From an uncultured bacterium (GTDB lineage: Bacteria; Patescibacteriota; Minisyncoccia; UBA6257; GWB1-50-10), in assembly GCA_963768835.1 (NCBI GenBank), contig CAVYJB010000002.1, positions 208,223 to 272,222 of the forward strand: DNA of 64,000 nt, read 5' to 3'. Both the position numbers and the translations under genes were made by a program. The notes under the pieces are model-generated. The model did no database searches and was not told the DNA's origin. It was given only the letters and a program-made list of their open reading frames with translations. Numbering within the stretch: the first letter of the stretch is position 1; each line of letters opens with the position of its first letter. Shown here in pieces: positions 37,256 through 45,119 of this stretch.

Positions 37256-38969
37256 GGGATGTCCCGAAGCCCTGTTTTTTACGCCAGATGATCTCGTGAG
37301 GGATGATGTCCTCGACGGCTTTTTTGAGGATGTACTTTGGCTCGTTATCCTTGAGTTTGATGTCCGCGGGGATTTGGAAGGCGAGCTCCACGAGACGGGT
37401 ATCAAGGAACGGCACCCGGCCCTCGAGGGAGTGCGCCATTGTCATCCGGTCCGCGCGCGCGAGGAGGAGCTCTGGCAGACGCTGTTTCACTTCAAGATAA
37501 GTGAGTTGCTTCAGGAAATCGGCTTTGTTGTCGATGCCCTCAAGCTCTTTATAGAAGCGTTCAATGTAGGGATAGCTCGAGGCATGGCGGATCCGCTCTT
37601 GGTAGCTTGGTGTGAGGAGCTTCTGTTTCTGGAAGTCCGAGAAGGCAATCGCGTTTCCCCAGTAGGGTTCCTGGTGATCCTTGAGGCGCCGGAAATACTC
37701 CTTATAGAAGTCGAACTTCGGGTGCGCGAGGAGCTTCGCAGCGCTCCAGGCGCCGTGCCGCGCGAAACCTGGGGTTTTCTCAAGCCAGTGCCACCAGCTC
37801 TCGTAGAGCCGGACAGCTTTAACGTAGGTGTCATACCCTGTGAAAAGCTCGTCCGAGCCTTCGCCGATCTGGATGACGATGACGCCTGCGTCGCGCGTGA
37901 GTTTGGAGAGCCAGTAGAGCGGGAAGCAGACCTGGTCGCCGTTCGGATCGTCGAAGTAGTGGGAGAACTTCGGGAGGAATTCGCGCATGTGCGCTTCGGT
38001 CGTCAGGATTTCGTGGGGTTTCGTGCCGATGCGCTCCGCGATGAGGCGGGAGTACTGGAACTCGTTGTACTTCGCGAACTCCTTCGAACCCACCGAGAAG
38101 GTTTCGACGGGCTTGCCGAGCGCCTCGCTCATCAAGGTTGCGTTCGTCGAGGAGTCGATGCCGCCTGAGAGGAAGCAGCCGAAGGGCACGTCTGAGACCA
38201 TCTGGAGTTTAATGGAATCACGCAGAAGCCGGCGAATTTCCGAGACGTAGAATTCCTCGCCCCGGCCCTCGGCGCCTTTGGCACGCGCGGGGTTCCAGTA
38301 CTCTCGCTCGGAGATAGCTCCGCCTGCGTCGATAGAGAGGAGATGCGCCGGGGGGAGCTTGCGCACATTTCGGAAGAGCGTGAGCGGCGAAGGGAGCGAG
38401 GAGAAGGTGAGGTAGTGAGAAACATTCGGTTCGTCGAGCTCCTTCTTGAAATCAGGATGGGCGAGGATTGCTTTGATTTCCGAGCCGAAATAGAAGGTCC
38501 CGTCCACGATCGCATAGTAGAACGGCTTGATGCCCATGTGGTCGCGCGCCGCAAGGAGGACTTTCTTCCGCTCATCCCAGATGACGAATGCGAACATGCC
38601 ATTCAGGCGCCCCACGAACTCCGGGCCGTACTCCTCGTACATATTGAGGATGACTTCAGTGTCCGAGCGTGACTTGAATGCGTGCCCCTTCTCCTCCAGC
38701 TCGCGCCGGAGCTCCATAAAGTTGTAGATCTCACCGTTGAAGGTGATCCAGGTGCCGCCACAGGCAGTCGTCATCGGCATATGGCCGGCCGGTGAGAGAT
38801 CAATGATCTTCAGCCTTCGGGTACCGAGCCCCACCTTCTTGTCTTGGGAGAAATAAGCCCCCGCGTCGTCGGGCCCGCGGTGCACCAAGGTATCGCGCAT
38901 GCGGACGAGATCGTCCTCACGGACAGTTTTCGAGTTCTTAAAATGGTAGAGACCAGCGATGCCGCACAT
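37050..38969 (-). CDS. asnB: Asparagine synthase (glutamine-hydrolysing) family amidotransferase
   Basis: 'MCGIAGLYHFK' gives the N-terminal Cys2 of the class II glutamine amidotransferase domain. 'GCFLSGGIDSS' is the PP-loop (SGGxDS). Confidence 0.8.
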   Translation of the reverse strand: MCGIAGLYHFKNSKTVREDDLVRMRDTLVHRGPDDAGAYFSQDKKVGLGTRRLKIIDLSPAGHMPMTTACGGTWITFNGEIYNFMELRRELEEKGHAFKSRSDTEVILNMYEEYGPEFVGRLNGMFAFVIWDERKKVLLAARDHMGIKPFYYAIVDGTFYFGSEIKAILAHPDFKKELDEPNVSHYLTFSSLPSPLTLFRNVRKLPPAHLLSIDAGGAISEREYWNPARAKGAEGRGEEFYVSEIRRLLRDSIKLQMVSDVPFGCFLSGGIDSSTNATLMSEALGKPVETFSVGSKEFAKYNEFQYSRLIAERIGTKPHEILTTEAHMREFLPKFSHYFDDPNGDQVCFPLYWLSKLTRDAGVIVIQIGEGSDELFTGYDTYVKAVRLYESWWHWLEKTPGFARHGAWSAAKLLAHPKFDFYKEYFRRLKDHQEPYWGNAIAFSDFQKQKLLTPSYQERIRHASSYPYIERFYKELEGIDNKADFLKQLTYLEVKQRLPELLLARADRMTMAHSLEGRVPFLDTRLVELAFQIPADIKLKDNEPKYILKKAVEDIIPHEIIWRKKQGFGTSLSEWLKPESKMAPLFVDAILNSKLRERGILDYDYVNTLVHAHQERGVEHNFRIWNLVTLSLWYDEWFG

Positions 38970-38979
38970 AGGTTAAGGG

Positions 38980-40479
38980 TTAGGGCAAGGGGTGCTCCGC
39001 GAGTCCTTCGCGACCCCGGAGAGCTTGGAGAATGGTACGGAGCTCGTGCACTAGAGGTTCCCGGAGGAGAAAGAGCGCCCCAACATAGACCGCGACGGAG
39101 GTGAAAAGGGTCAGCACCACCGATATCCCTCGGGCGTTCAAGACCCACGCCACGACCGCCATAATCACGGTTGCGATGGCGATGCGCGGAAGGTTTCGGA
39201 GGGTCGGGAAACGTATCATGCGCTGGCGCACGATACGCCACATAAGACCGTTGTTAAAGATGAGCGCGACGATGGTGGCGGCCGAGCAGCCAGCAATCCC
39301 GAAGGGTGGGATGAGGAGGATGTCGAAGAGGATGTTCGCAACACTTCCGAGGATCACAGGCACCGCGAGCCGTAGTTGCTGGTTGTACGCGATGGAGAGG
39401 TTCCCGAGGAGGGTCCCAGGAAAGACGAGGAGGACGGTGACGACGAGGAATCGGAAAGCCGCGGCCGCGGGGGCGTACTCCACTCCGTAGAGCAGCACCA
39501 TGAGCGGCTTTGCAAGAACGACGCCGCCGACTGCCATGGGTACTGCGACGAAGAGCACCGCGCGCATAGCCTGCTCCATCAATTCCTTGATTTTCGCCTC
39601 ACGCGCCTGCCGCACGAACCGGGACATCGCGGGGAAAATAGCGGCGGCGAGGATGGCAGGCAGAATGTAGAGGAGTTGGAGCACCTTCTGCGCGGCGGAG
39701 TAGTACCCGAGCTCCGTAGCGGTGCGCCACCACCCGAGCATCACAAAGTCGGTATTCAGCATGAAGGTGCCGAGAAGGCCAATGACGGCGATGGGGACGG
39801 CGGCTCGGAGAACGGGGCGCACGAGGCTCCGCTCGAACTTAGAGAAAATCTGCGACACCTGCTTGCGGACGATAATGAGTACGACAAGCGTGCCGAGGCC
39901 GGAGCTCGCGACGTAGGCGACGGTGAGAGCTCCGGCGGTGTGGGAAAGGGTTAGGATGACGAAGCCCGCGACCGTGATAGCGAGGTTTGTGAAGGTATTG
40001 ATGAACGCCTCAATCTCCATCTTTTCGAGGGCGCGCAGGTAGGATAGGCAAAAATCCCGCATGCCATCGAAAATAGTAAGAAGTGCCATGAAGGGGATGA
40101 GGACCCGGGCGGCGGGGATGTTCGAGAGCGACGGAGCCACGAAGATCATAATGAGGGCTGTGGCGGTCAGAAGCACCGCCTTGATCCAGAAGGTGGTGGC
40201 GAAGATTTGTAGGCGACGCTCGGGGTTTTGGCTCGCCTCGCGCGTAAGGATGTTGCTCACACCGATGTCGGCAAAGATGGTGAAAAACCCGGCGACCCCC
40301 AGCACGTAGGAGAAAACGCCGTAGTCTGCGGCTCCCAGAAGTCGCGCGGCGTAGATGATGATGGCGGCGCGGATTACACGGCCCGCAATCTGTCCGAACG
40401 AGAGCCAGAACACGTTTTTCACGATGGTCTGGCGCGTTCCGCGATTGTGGAGGAAGAACTCCCGAAGACGTGCAAACAT
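38980..40479 (-). CDS. Wzx-type oligosaccharide flippase (second copy)
   Basis: The polytopic N-terminus 'RQTIVKNVFWLSFGQIAGRVIRAAIIIYAARLLGAADYGVF' is clearly homologous to 23914..25407. Confidence 0.6.
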   Translation of the reverse strand: MFARLREFFLHNRGTRQTIVKNVFWLSFGQIAGRVIRAAIIIYAARLLGAADYGVFSYVLGVAGFFTIFADIGVSNILTREASQNPERRLQIFATTFWIKAVLLTATALIMIFVAPSLSNIPAARVLIPFMALLTIFDGMRDFCLSYLRALEKMEIEAFINTFTNLAITVAGFVILTLSHTAGALTVAYVASSGLGTLVVLIIVRKQVSQIFSKFERSLVRPVLRAAVPIAVIGLLGTFMLNTDFVMLGWWRTATELGYYSAAQKVLQLLYILPAILAAAIFPAMSRFVRQAREAKIKELMEQAMRAVLFVAVPMAVGGVVLAKPLMVLLYGVEYAPAAAAFRFLVVTVLLVFPGTLLGNLSIAYNQQLRLAVPVILGSVANILFDILLIPPFGIAGCSAATIVALIFNNGLMWRIVRQRMIRFPTLRNLPRIAIATVIMAVVAWVLNARGISVVLTLFTSVAVYVGALFLLREPLVHELRTILQALRGREGLAEHPLP

Positions 40480-40484
40480 GGGGT

Positions 40485-41795
40485 TCAGCCGTGCGAGGCG
40501 AAGAGATACCGGACGGTTTTCAGGATGATGAGGAGATCGAGAACGAGGGAACGGTTCTTGATGTAATAGATGTCATACCGCAGTTTCTCATAGGCTTCTT
40601 CAGGGGACGCGCTCGGTTTGTAGTTAATCTGCGCCCATCCCGTGAGGCCCGGTTTCACCATGTGCCGCATCCCGTAGTAGGGGAGCCGCTCGTATTGCCG
40701 CACGAGTTCCACCCGTTCGGCGCGCGGGCCCGTGAGGGAAAGATCGCCGCGGAAGACATTCAAAAGTTGGGGGAACTCATCGAGGTGGGTAAAGCGAAGA
40801 ACTCGACCGACAGGGGTGAGGCGCGGATCATGCGCTTCCGTCCAGAGCGGTCCGTGATTCTCGCGCATTGTGCGGAACTTAAAGAGTGTGAAAGGGATAC
40901 CATTCTTCCCAACCCGTTCCTGTCGAAAGATGACGGGGCCGCGAGAGGAGAGCGCAATAAGGATCGCCGAGAGAAGCATAAAAGGGGAAAATATCACAGT
41001 TGTGAGAGTCGAGATGGCGATATCGACTAAGCGTTTCAGGGCGTCGTAGAAAGGACGTCGGGTAGTGATGTTCTCCAGAAACCACGCCTCCGCGAGTTCG
41101 TCGAGGGGGATCTTCTCAAAAACGAGTTCATAAAAATCCCAAAAATTAAGGATACCAACCTCGAGAGGAAGGAGACGGTATACCGCAGAGAGCACGTCCA
41201 GGTTGCTCGCGAAGTGCGGCTGAACTACGACGAGATGAACTCGCCGATTCTCGATCGCTGTTCGTAGGATGCGAAAATCCTCCGGGTGGGGGTCCGAGAT
41301 ACGAAGCTCAATCCGATACCCCGCAGTCGGATTCTCTTTGAGGAAGTGAGCTGTTTCCTCCGCGAGAGGCGAGGTTCCTAAAAAGGCCACCCCAAGCGCG
41401 CCTGAAGCGAAGAGACGCAGGAAAAGGGAACGAATGAAGAAGTCGAGCCCAAGGAAGAGAACGCTGAAAATGAGGAGATTCGTCTTCGGCGTCAGCCGGA
41501 AAAAATCTCCGAAAAGATAGAGCGCTACTGTCGAAAGTAGGGCCGCGACAACAACGGTTGCCGTGAGAGTCGAAAGAAGCGCCGCACGGTTTGGGGCCCT
41601 CCGGTGCCGGTAGAGGTCCGCGAGGTAAAACACAAAGAGCCACAAGATAAAAAGAGCTGAGAACGGCACAAGGTGGCTCTGCCAGCTTTGGGGGAAGGCC
41701 GAAAAGCCATAACGCACAAGAAGCGCCAGGACAAGGGCGGCGTAGAGGGCGGCGAGGTCGCCGGCTAAGAGAACCAGCTTCTTCCAGGTAGACAT
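40485..41795 (-). CDS. Polyprenyl-phosphate hexose-1-phosphate transferase (WbaP/WcaJ-like initiating phosphoglycosyltransferase, Bac_transf domain)
   Basis: The C-terminal 'RPGLTGWAQINY' / 'DELPQLLNVFRGDLSLTGPRAE' block is characteristic of the Bac_transf family. It is preceded by several TM helices. Confidence 0.75.
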   Translation of the reverse strand: MSTWKKLVLLAGDLAALYAALVLALLVRYGFSAFPQSWQSHLVPFSALFILWLFVFYLADLYRHRRAPNRAALLSTLTATVVVAALLSTVALYLFGDFFRLTPKTNLLIFSVLFLGLDFFIRSLFLRLFASGALGVAFLGTSPLAEETAHFLKENPTAGYRIELRISDPHPEDFRILRTAIENRRVHLVVVQPHFASNLDVLSAVYRLLPLEVGILNFWDFYELVFEKIPLDELAEAWFLENITTRRPFYDALKRLVDIAISTLTTVIFSPFMLLSAILIALSSRGPVIFRQERVGKNGIPFTLFKFRTMRENHGPLWTEAHDPRLTPVGRVLRFTHLDEFPQLLNVFRGDLSLTGPRAERVELVRQYERLPYYGMRHMVKPGLTGWAQINYKPSASPEEAYEKLRYDIYYIKNRSLVLDLLIILKTVRYLFASHG

Positions 41796-41885
41796 ACGCT
41801 TTCCTACATCCTACCACCGTCCGGCGCCCTCGGTAAACGGCATCGGCTATTTGACGGCCTTGCTATCGCTCCGTAGAATGGTTGC

Positions 41886-42632
41886 ATGGAAACCACACCA
41901 ATCACCGAAGAGAAGCGGAAGCGCGACTACTTAATGCCGGGGAGCATCCTGGTTGCAGCCCTCCTTGTCTCCATCTCACTCGTGTACAACGCGGGGGTGA
42001 AAACCGCAACGCCGCAGGCGGCCAACCTTGGGAATGCCGCTGCTCCAAATGCTGCCGCACCGGCGGTAGCAACTGTCGGACAGCCGAAACCAATTGGGCC
42101 GACAGACCACATCATGGGAAATCCCGCAGCGCCCGTGAAGGTGATTGAATACTCGGATCTTGAATGCCCCTTCTGTAAGGAGTTCCAGCCCACAATGCAG
42201 AAGATCGTCTCTGACTATGCGGGCCAAGTCGCATGGGTTTTTAGAGAATTTCCCCTAGCGCAGCTTCATCCGAAGGCTCCGCATGAAGCGGAAGCTGCCG
42301 AGTGCGCAGCAGAGGTCGGCGGGAACGACGGATTCTGGGCTTTTATCAACCGTCTCTATGCGGTGACGCCCTCTAACAACGGGCTCGACCCCGCGCAGTT
42401 GCCACAGATTGCTGCCGATGTGAATCTCGACGCTTCAAAGTTCGCAACTTGCCTTTCGAGCGGCAAGTACGCGTCCGTGGTCGCCGCAAGTGCGGCAGAA
42501 GCCCAGTCCATCGGAGCCCAGGGGACGCCCTTCTCCGTCGTGATCACGAAGAGCGGCAAACTTTCGGTTCTGAATGGTGCGTATCCTTATGCGCAGGTGA
42601 AGGCGGTGATTGACCAAGCTCTCCAGAGCTAG
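41886..42632 (+). CDS. DsbA-family thiol:disulfide oxidoreductase (thioredoxin fold, membrane-anchored)
   Basis: Active site 'CPFCKEF' (CxxC) within a DsbA-like context, after an N-terminal TM segment. Confidence 0.65.
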   Translation: METTPITEEKRKRDYLMPGSILVAALLVSISLVYNAGVKTATPQAANLGNAAAPNAAAPAVATVGQPKPIGPTDHIMGNPAAPVKVIEYSDLECPFCKEFQPTMQKIVSDYAGQVAWVFREFPLAQLHPKAPHEAEAAECAAEVGGNDGFWAFINRLYAVTPSNNGLDPAQLPQIAADVNLDASKFATCLSSGKYASVVAASAAEAQSIGAQGTPFSVVITKSGKLSVLNGAYPYAQVKAVIDQALQS

Positions 42633-42645
42633 CGGTAACAGTCGG

Positions 42646-42673
42646 GATCCCCGCCCCGGCGGGGATCTTTTTT
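42646..42673 (+). terminator. Rho-independent terminator
   Basis: gatccccgcc / ggcggggatc hairpin with ccgg loop, followed by tttttt. Confidence 0.6.
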
Positions 42674-42679
42674 GAGATC

Positions 42680-42698
42680 TTGACGCTAGGTGTATAAT
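42680..42698 (+). promoter_or_regulatory. Putative extended -10 promoter (TGTATAAT) immediately upstream of the SPW micro-ORF; the transcript may be leaderless
   Basis: TGnTATAAT element at 42691-42698, only about 7 nt upstream of ATG 42706. The TTGACG at 42680 is too close to serve as a canonical -35. Confidence 0.3.
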
Positions 42699-42705
42699 AG
42701 AAACA

Positions 42706-42873
42706 ATGCGATGGCACCAATGGGTCTTGGTTGGGCTTGGACTCTGGCTTACCCTCGCGCCGTGGATTCTTGGGTTTTCAGATCTGAATCTTGCGACGTG
42801 GGACAGCGTGATGGTGGGAGGCCTCGTGATCGTCTTCGCGCTCTGGAACCTTTCCCCGCCGATGGTCCCCTAG
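42706..42873 (+). CDS. SPW-repeat small membrane protein (55 aa); not in the ORF track
   Basis: Hand translation gives MRWHQWVLVGLGLWLTLAPWILGFSDLNLATWDSVMVGGLVIVFALWNLSPPMVP. The repeated 'W..L.L.PW' unit and a trailing SP... element are typical of SPW-repeat proteins. Two hydrophobic helices are predicted. Confidence 0.4.
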   Translation: MRWHQWVLVGLGLWLTLAPWILGFSDLNLATWDSVMVGGLVIVFALWNLSPPMVP

Positions 42874-42915
42874 GTCCCACATCGCTTGCGCCCCAATTTA
42901 ACCATTTTATTATCT

Positions 42916-43146
42916 ATGTCAATCACAATTTATAGCACTCCCTCCTGCGTCTACTGCAAAATGCTGAAAGATTATCTCGCGCAGCGGAACATCGCCTTCC
43001 AAGAGAAAGATGTTCTCACGGATCTTAAGGCTCGCGAAGAGATGGTTGAGAAATCTCACCAGCTTGGTGTCCCAGTCGTCGATATCGACGGGCAAGTCTT
43101 CGTCGGTTTCAACCGAACGGCTATCGCGAAGGCGCTCGGTCTCTAG
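42916..43146 (+). CDS. Glutaredoxin-like protein (NrdH/Grx family)
   Basis: 'ITIYSTPSCVYCKMLKDYL' is the CxxC redox motif in a glutaredoxin context. Start chosen at the Met of MSITIYS. Confidence 0.6.
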   Translation: MSITIYSTPSCVYCKMLKDYLAQRNIAFQEKDVLTDLKAREEMVEKSHQLGVPVVDIDGQVFVGFNRTAIAKALGL

Positions 43147-43153
43147 TTCTACC

Positions 43154-44077
43154 ATGTACGACCTTACCATCGTGGGTGGTGGCCCGGCAGGGGTCGCCGC
43201 TGGCGTCTATGCGGCGCGGAAGAAAATGAACTCCATCCTCGTGACGGACGCGTTCGGAGGCCAGTCGGTTGTTTCTGCGGACGTCCAAAATTGGATTGGC
43301 ATCAAATCCGTTTCCGGCCTAGACCTCGCGCATCAGATGGAGGAGCACCTCCGCGCCCAGGAGGGGATTGAAGTGCGGGATGCGGACCGAGTGACAACTC
43401 TTACGAAGATTCCCGAGGGTTTTCATGTCACGACCGAGCGTGGGGAGCAGTGGGATACAAGAACCGTGCTCCTTACAACCGGCAGCGGACGACGGAAACT
43501 TGGTGTGCCTGGGGAAAAAGAATTTGAGGGACGTGGCGTCGCCTACTGCTCCACCTGCGACGCGCCGCTTTTTGGAGGGAAACGTGTGGCGGTGGTGGGC
43601 GGAGGGAATTCGGGTTTGGAGTCCGTCCTTGATCTAGTCCCATACGCTGCGGCTGTCTATCTCGTGCACCACAGCGTGGCCCTGAAAGGGGACCCGGTGA
43701 CTCGAGAAAAGGTGCGTGCGCATCCTAAAGTCACCGTGCTTTTGCAGGCGGAGACCAAGGAAATCGTGGGGGCGGGAGGAATGGTTACCGGGCTCCGGTA
43801 CACAGACAAGACGACGGGCGAGGAGCGGACGCTTCTGGTAGACGGCGTCTTCGTTGAGATCGGTTCGATCCCGAGCAGTGAGGTCGTGAAGGGGCTCGTC
43901 AACCTGAACGAGAGGGGCCAAGTTATCGTGGACCACCAGACCCAGCAATCGTCTGCCCCGGGTATCTGGGCGGCCGGGGATGTCACCGACGGTCTTTACA
44001 AGCAGAATAATATTTCAATGGGTGAGGCCATCACGGCAACCCTGAACATCTACGATTTCCTCCGGTCTTCCTCCTGA
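43154..44077 (+). CDS. trxB: Thioredoxin-disulfide reductase
   Basis: FAD motif 'YDLTIVGGGPAGVAAGVYAAR', redox-active 'CSTCDAPLF', and NAD(P) motif 'RVAVVGGGNSGLE'. Start taken at the Met of MYDL (43154). Confidence 0.75.
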   Translation: MYDLTIVGGGPAGVAAGVYAARKKMNSILVTDAFGGQSVVSADVQNWIGIKSVSGLDLAHQMEEHLRAQEGIEVRDADRVTTLTKIPEGFHVTTERGEQWDTRTVLLTTGSGRRKLGVPGEKEFEGRGVAYCSTCDAPLFGGKRVAVVGGGNSGLESVLDLVPYAAAVYLVHHSVALKGDPVTREKVRAHPKVTVLLQAETKEIVGAGGMVTGLRYTDKTTGEERTLLVDGVFVEIGSIPSSEVVKGLVNLNERGQVIVDHQTQQSSAPGIWAAGDVTDGLYKQNNISMGEAITATLNIYDFLRSSS

Positions 44078-44118
44078 GCCTAGTTGCCTCGTATAACAAA
44101 TGTGGTATACTACCCGTC

Positions 44119-44550
44119 ATGAGTACTATGAATAAAATCCTTCTTACCCTTGTTATTGTGCTCTTTCTCGTGTTGGTAGGCCTTTTCTTTGGGAGAGGGC
44201 TCTTCACCTCGTCGTGGACCGCCGTGTATCTCCAGAGTGGCGACCTCTACTTCGGGAGGCTCATACATTTCCCTCACTACGGTCTTACGCACGTGTATCT
44301 CTTCCAGGTAGACAAGAACAGCACACAGACCCCAGTGAGCGTGCAAAAGTTCACGAAAGTTTTCTGGGGTCCGCAGGATTTCCTATCTCTGAACCGGAAT
44401 CAGGTAGTCTGGACGACCACGCTTGACCCCCAGGGTCAGCTCGCAAAACTTCTTGATACAAACCCTGATCTCACGTCGGGAGCAAGCGCTCCAACACCCG
44501 TTCCGGGCCTTCCCACGTCTCCGGTCACGACTACGACGCCGCTCCAATAG
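44119..44550 (+). CDS. Hypothetical membrane-anchored/secreted protein
   Basis: N-terminal TM/signal segment 'ILLTLVIVLFLVLVGLFF' and a Pro/Thr-rich C-terminus. Confidence 0.35.
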   Translation: MSTMNKILLTLVIVLFLVLVGLFFGRGLFTSSWTAVYLQSGDLYFGRLIHFPHYGLTHVYLFQVDKNSTQTPVSVQKFTKVFWGPQDFLSLNRNQVVWTTTLDPQGQLAKLLDTNPDLTSGASAPTPVPGLPTSPVTTTTPLQ

Positions 44551-44603
44551 TATTTCTCGATATAACGCCAAAACCCCGCTCGCCCGCCGAGCGGGGTTTT
44601 GTT

Positions 44604-45119
44604 ATGATAAGGGAGCCTATGGAACCGGAGGCCGTCCCGTATCACGTTCGTGCCCGACGTTCTTTTGCTAGGACGAACTTAAGGCGCCGCAGAATTCGTG
44701 AGCCCAATAAAGGACAGGCCACGCTCTCCTTCGTTCTCATCGTGAGCGGCATCATTATCGAGATCGCCATTGCGGGGTCCTTCATCGCTTACTTCCTTTC
44801 GAATGCGGGGCTAGGGGAGCGGCTCTCGGCCCGCGCGCTTGCGGCTTCGGAGGCTGGCCTCCGTGACGCGGCGGAGAGAGTTGCCCGCAATAAAGATTCC
44901 TGCGCCAGCACCTGCCTCTACAATTTCGCCGTAGGGAGCGACGCGGCGGCTATCACCGTGACACGTACCGACGATCCCACCGATAACATCTACTTTTTCT
45001 CTATTACCTCTCTTGGCACCGCAGGGACACGAGAGCGGCAATTCGTCGAGACTCTTTCAGTAAACAAAACCACAGGTGTCGTCGGGCTAAGCACCATTAC
45101 TGAGCAACCTCTCCCATGA
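44604..45119 (+). CDS. Putative pilin/pseudopilin-like protein with an atypical long basic leader
   Basis: A basic leader 'RRRRIREPNKGQ' precedes the hydrophobic segment 'ATLSFVLIVSGIIIEIAIAGSFIAY'. This resembles a class III (prepilin) signal but lacks the canonical G/FTLIE. It lies directly upstream of a PilM/N-like gene. Confidence 0.3.
   Translation: MIREPMEPEAVPYHVRARRSFARTNLRRRRIREPNKGQATLSFVLIVSGIIIEIAIAGSFIAYFLSNAGLGERLSARALAASEAGLRDAAERVARNKDSCASTCLYNFAVGSDAAAITVTRTDDPTDNIYFFSITSLGTAGTRERQFVETLSVNKTTGVVGLSTITEQPLP

Noticed and set aside
42690-42935. 81-aa track ORF (MYNRNNAMAPMGLGWAWTLAYPRAVDSW...)
   Set aside because: A different frame of the same region gives the well-formed SPW-repeat micro-protein (42706-42873) with a promoter-like element. 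The 81-aa frame is low-complexity.
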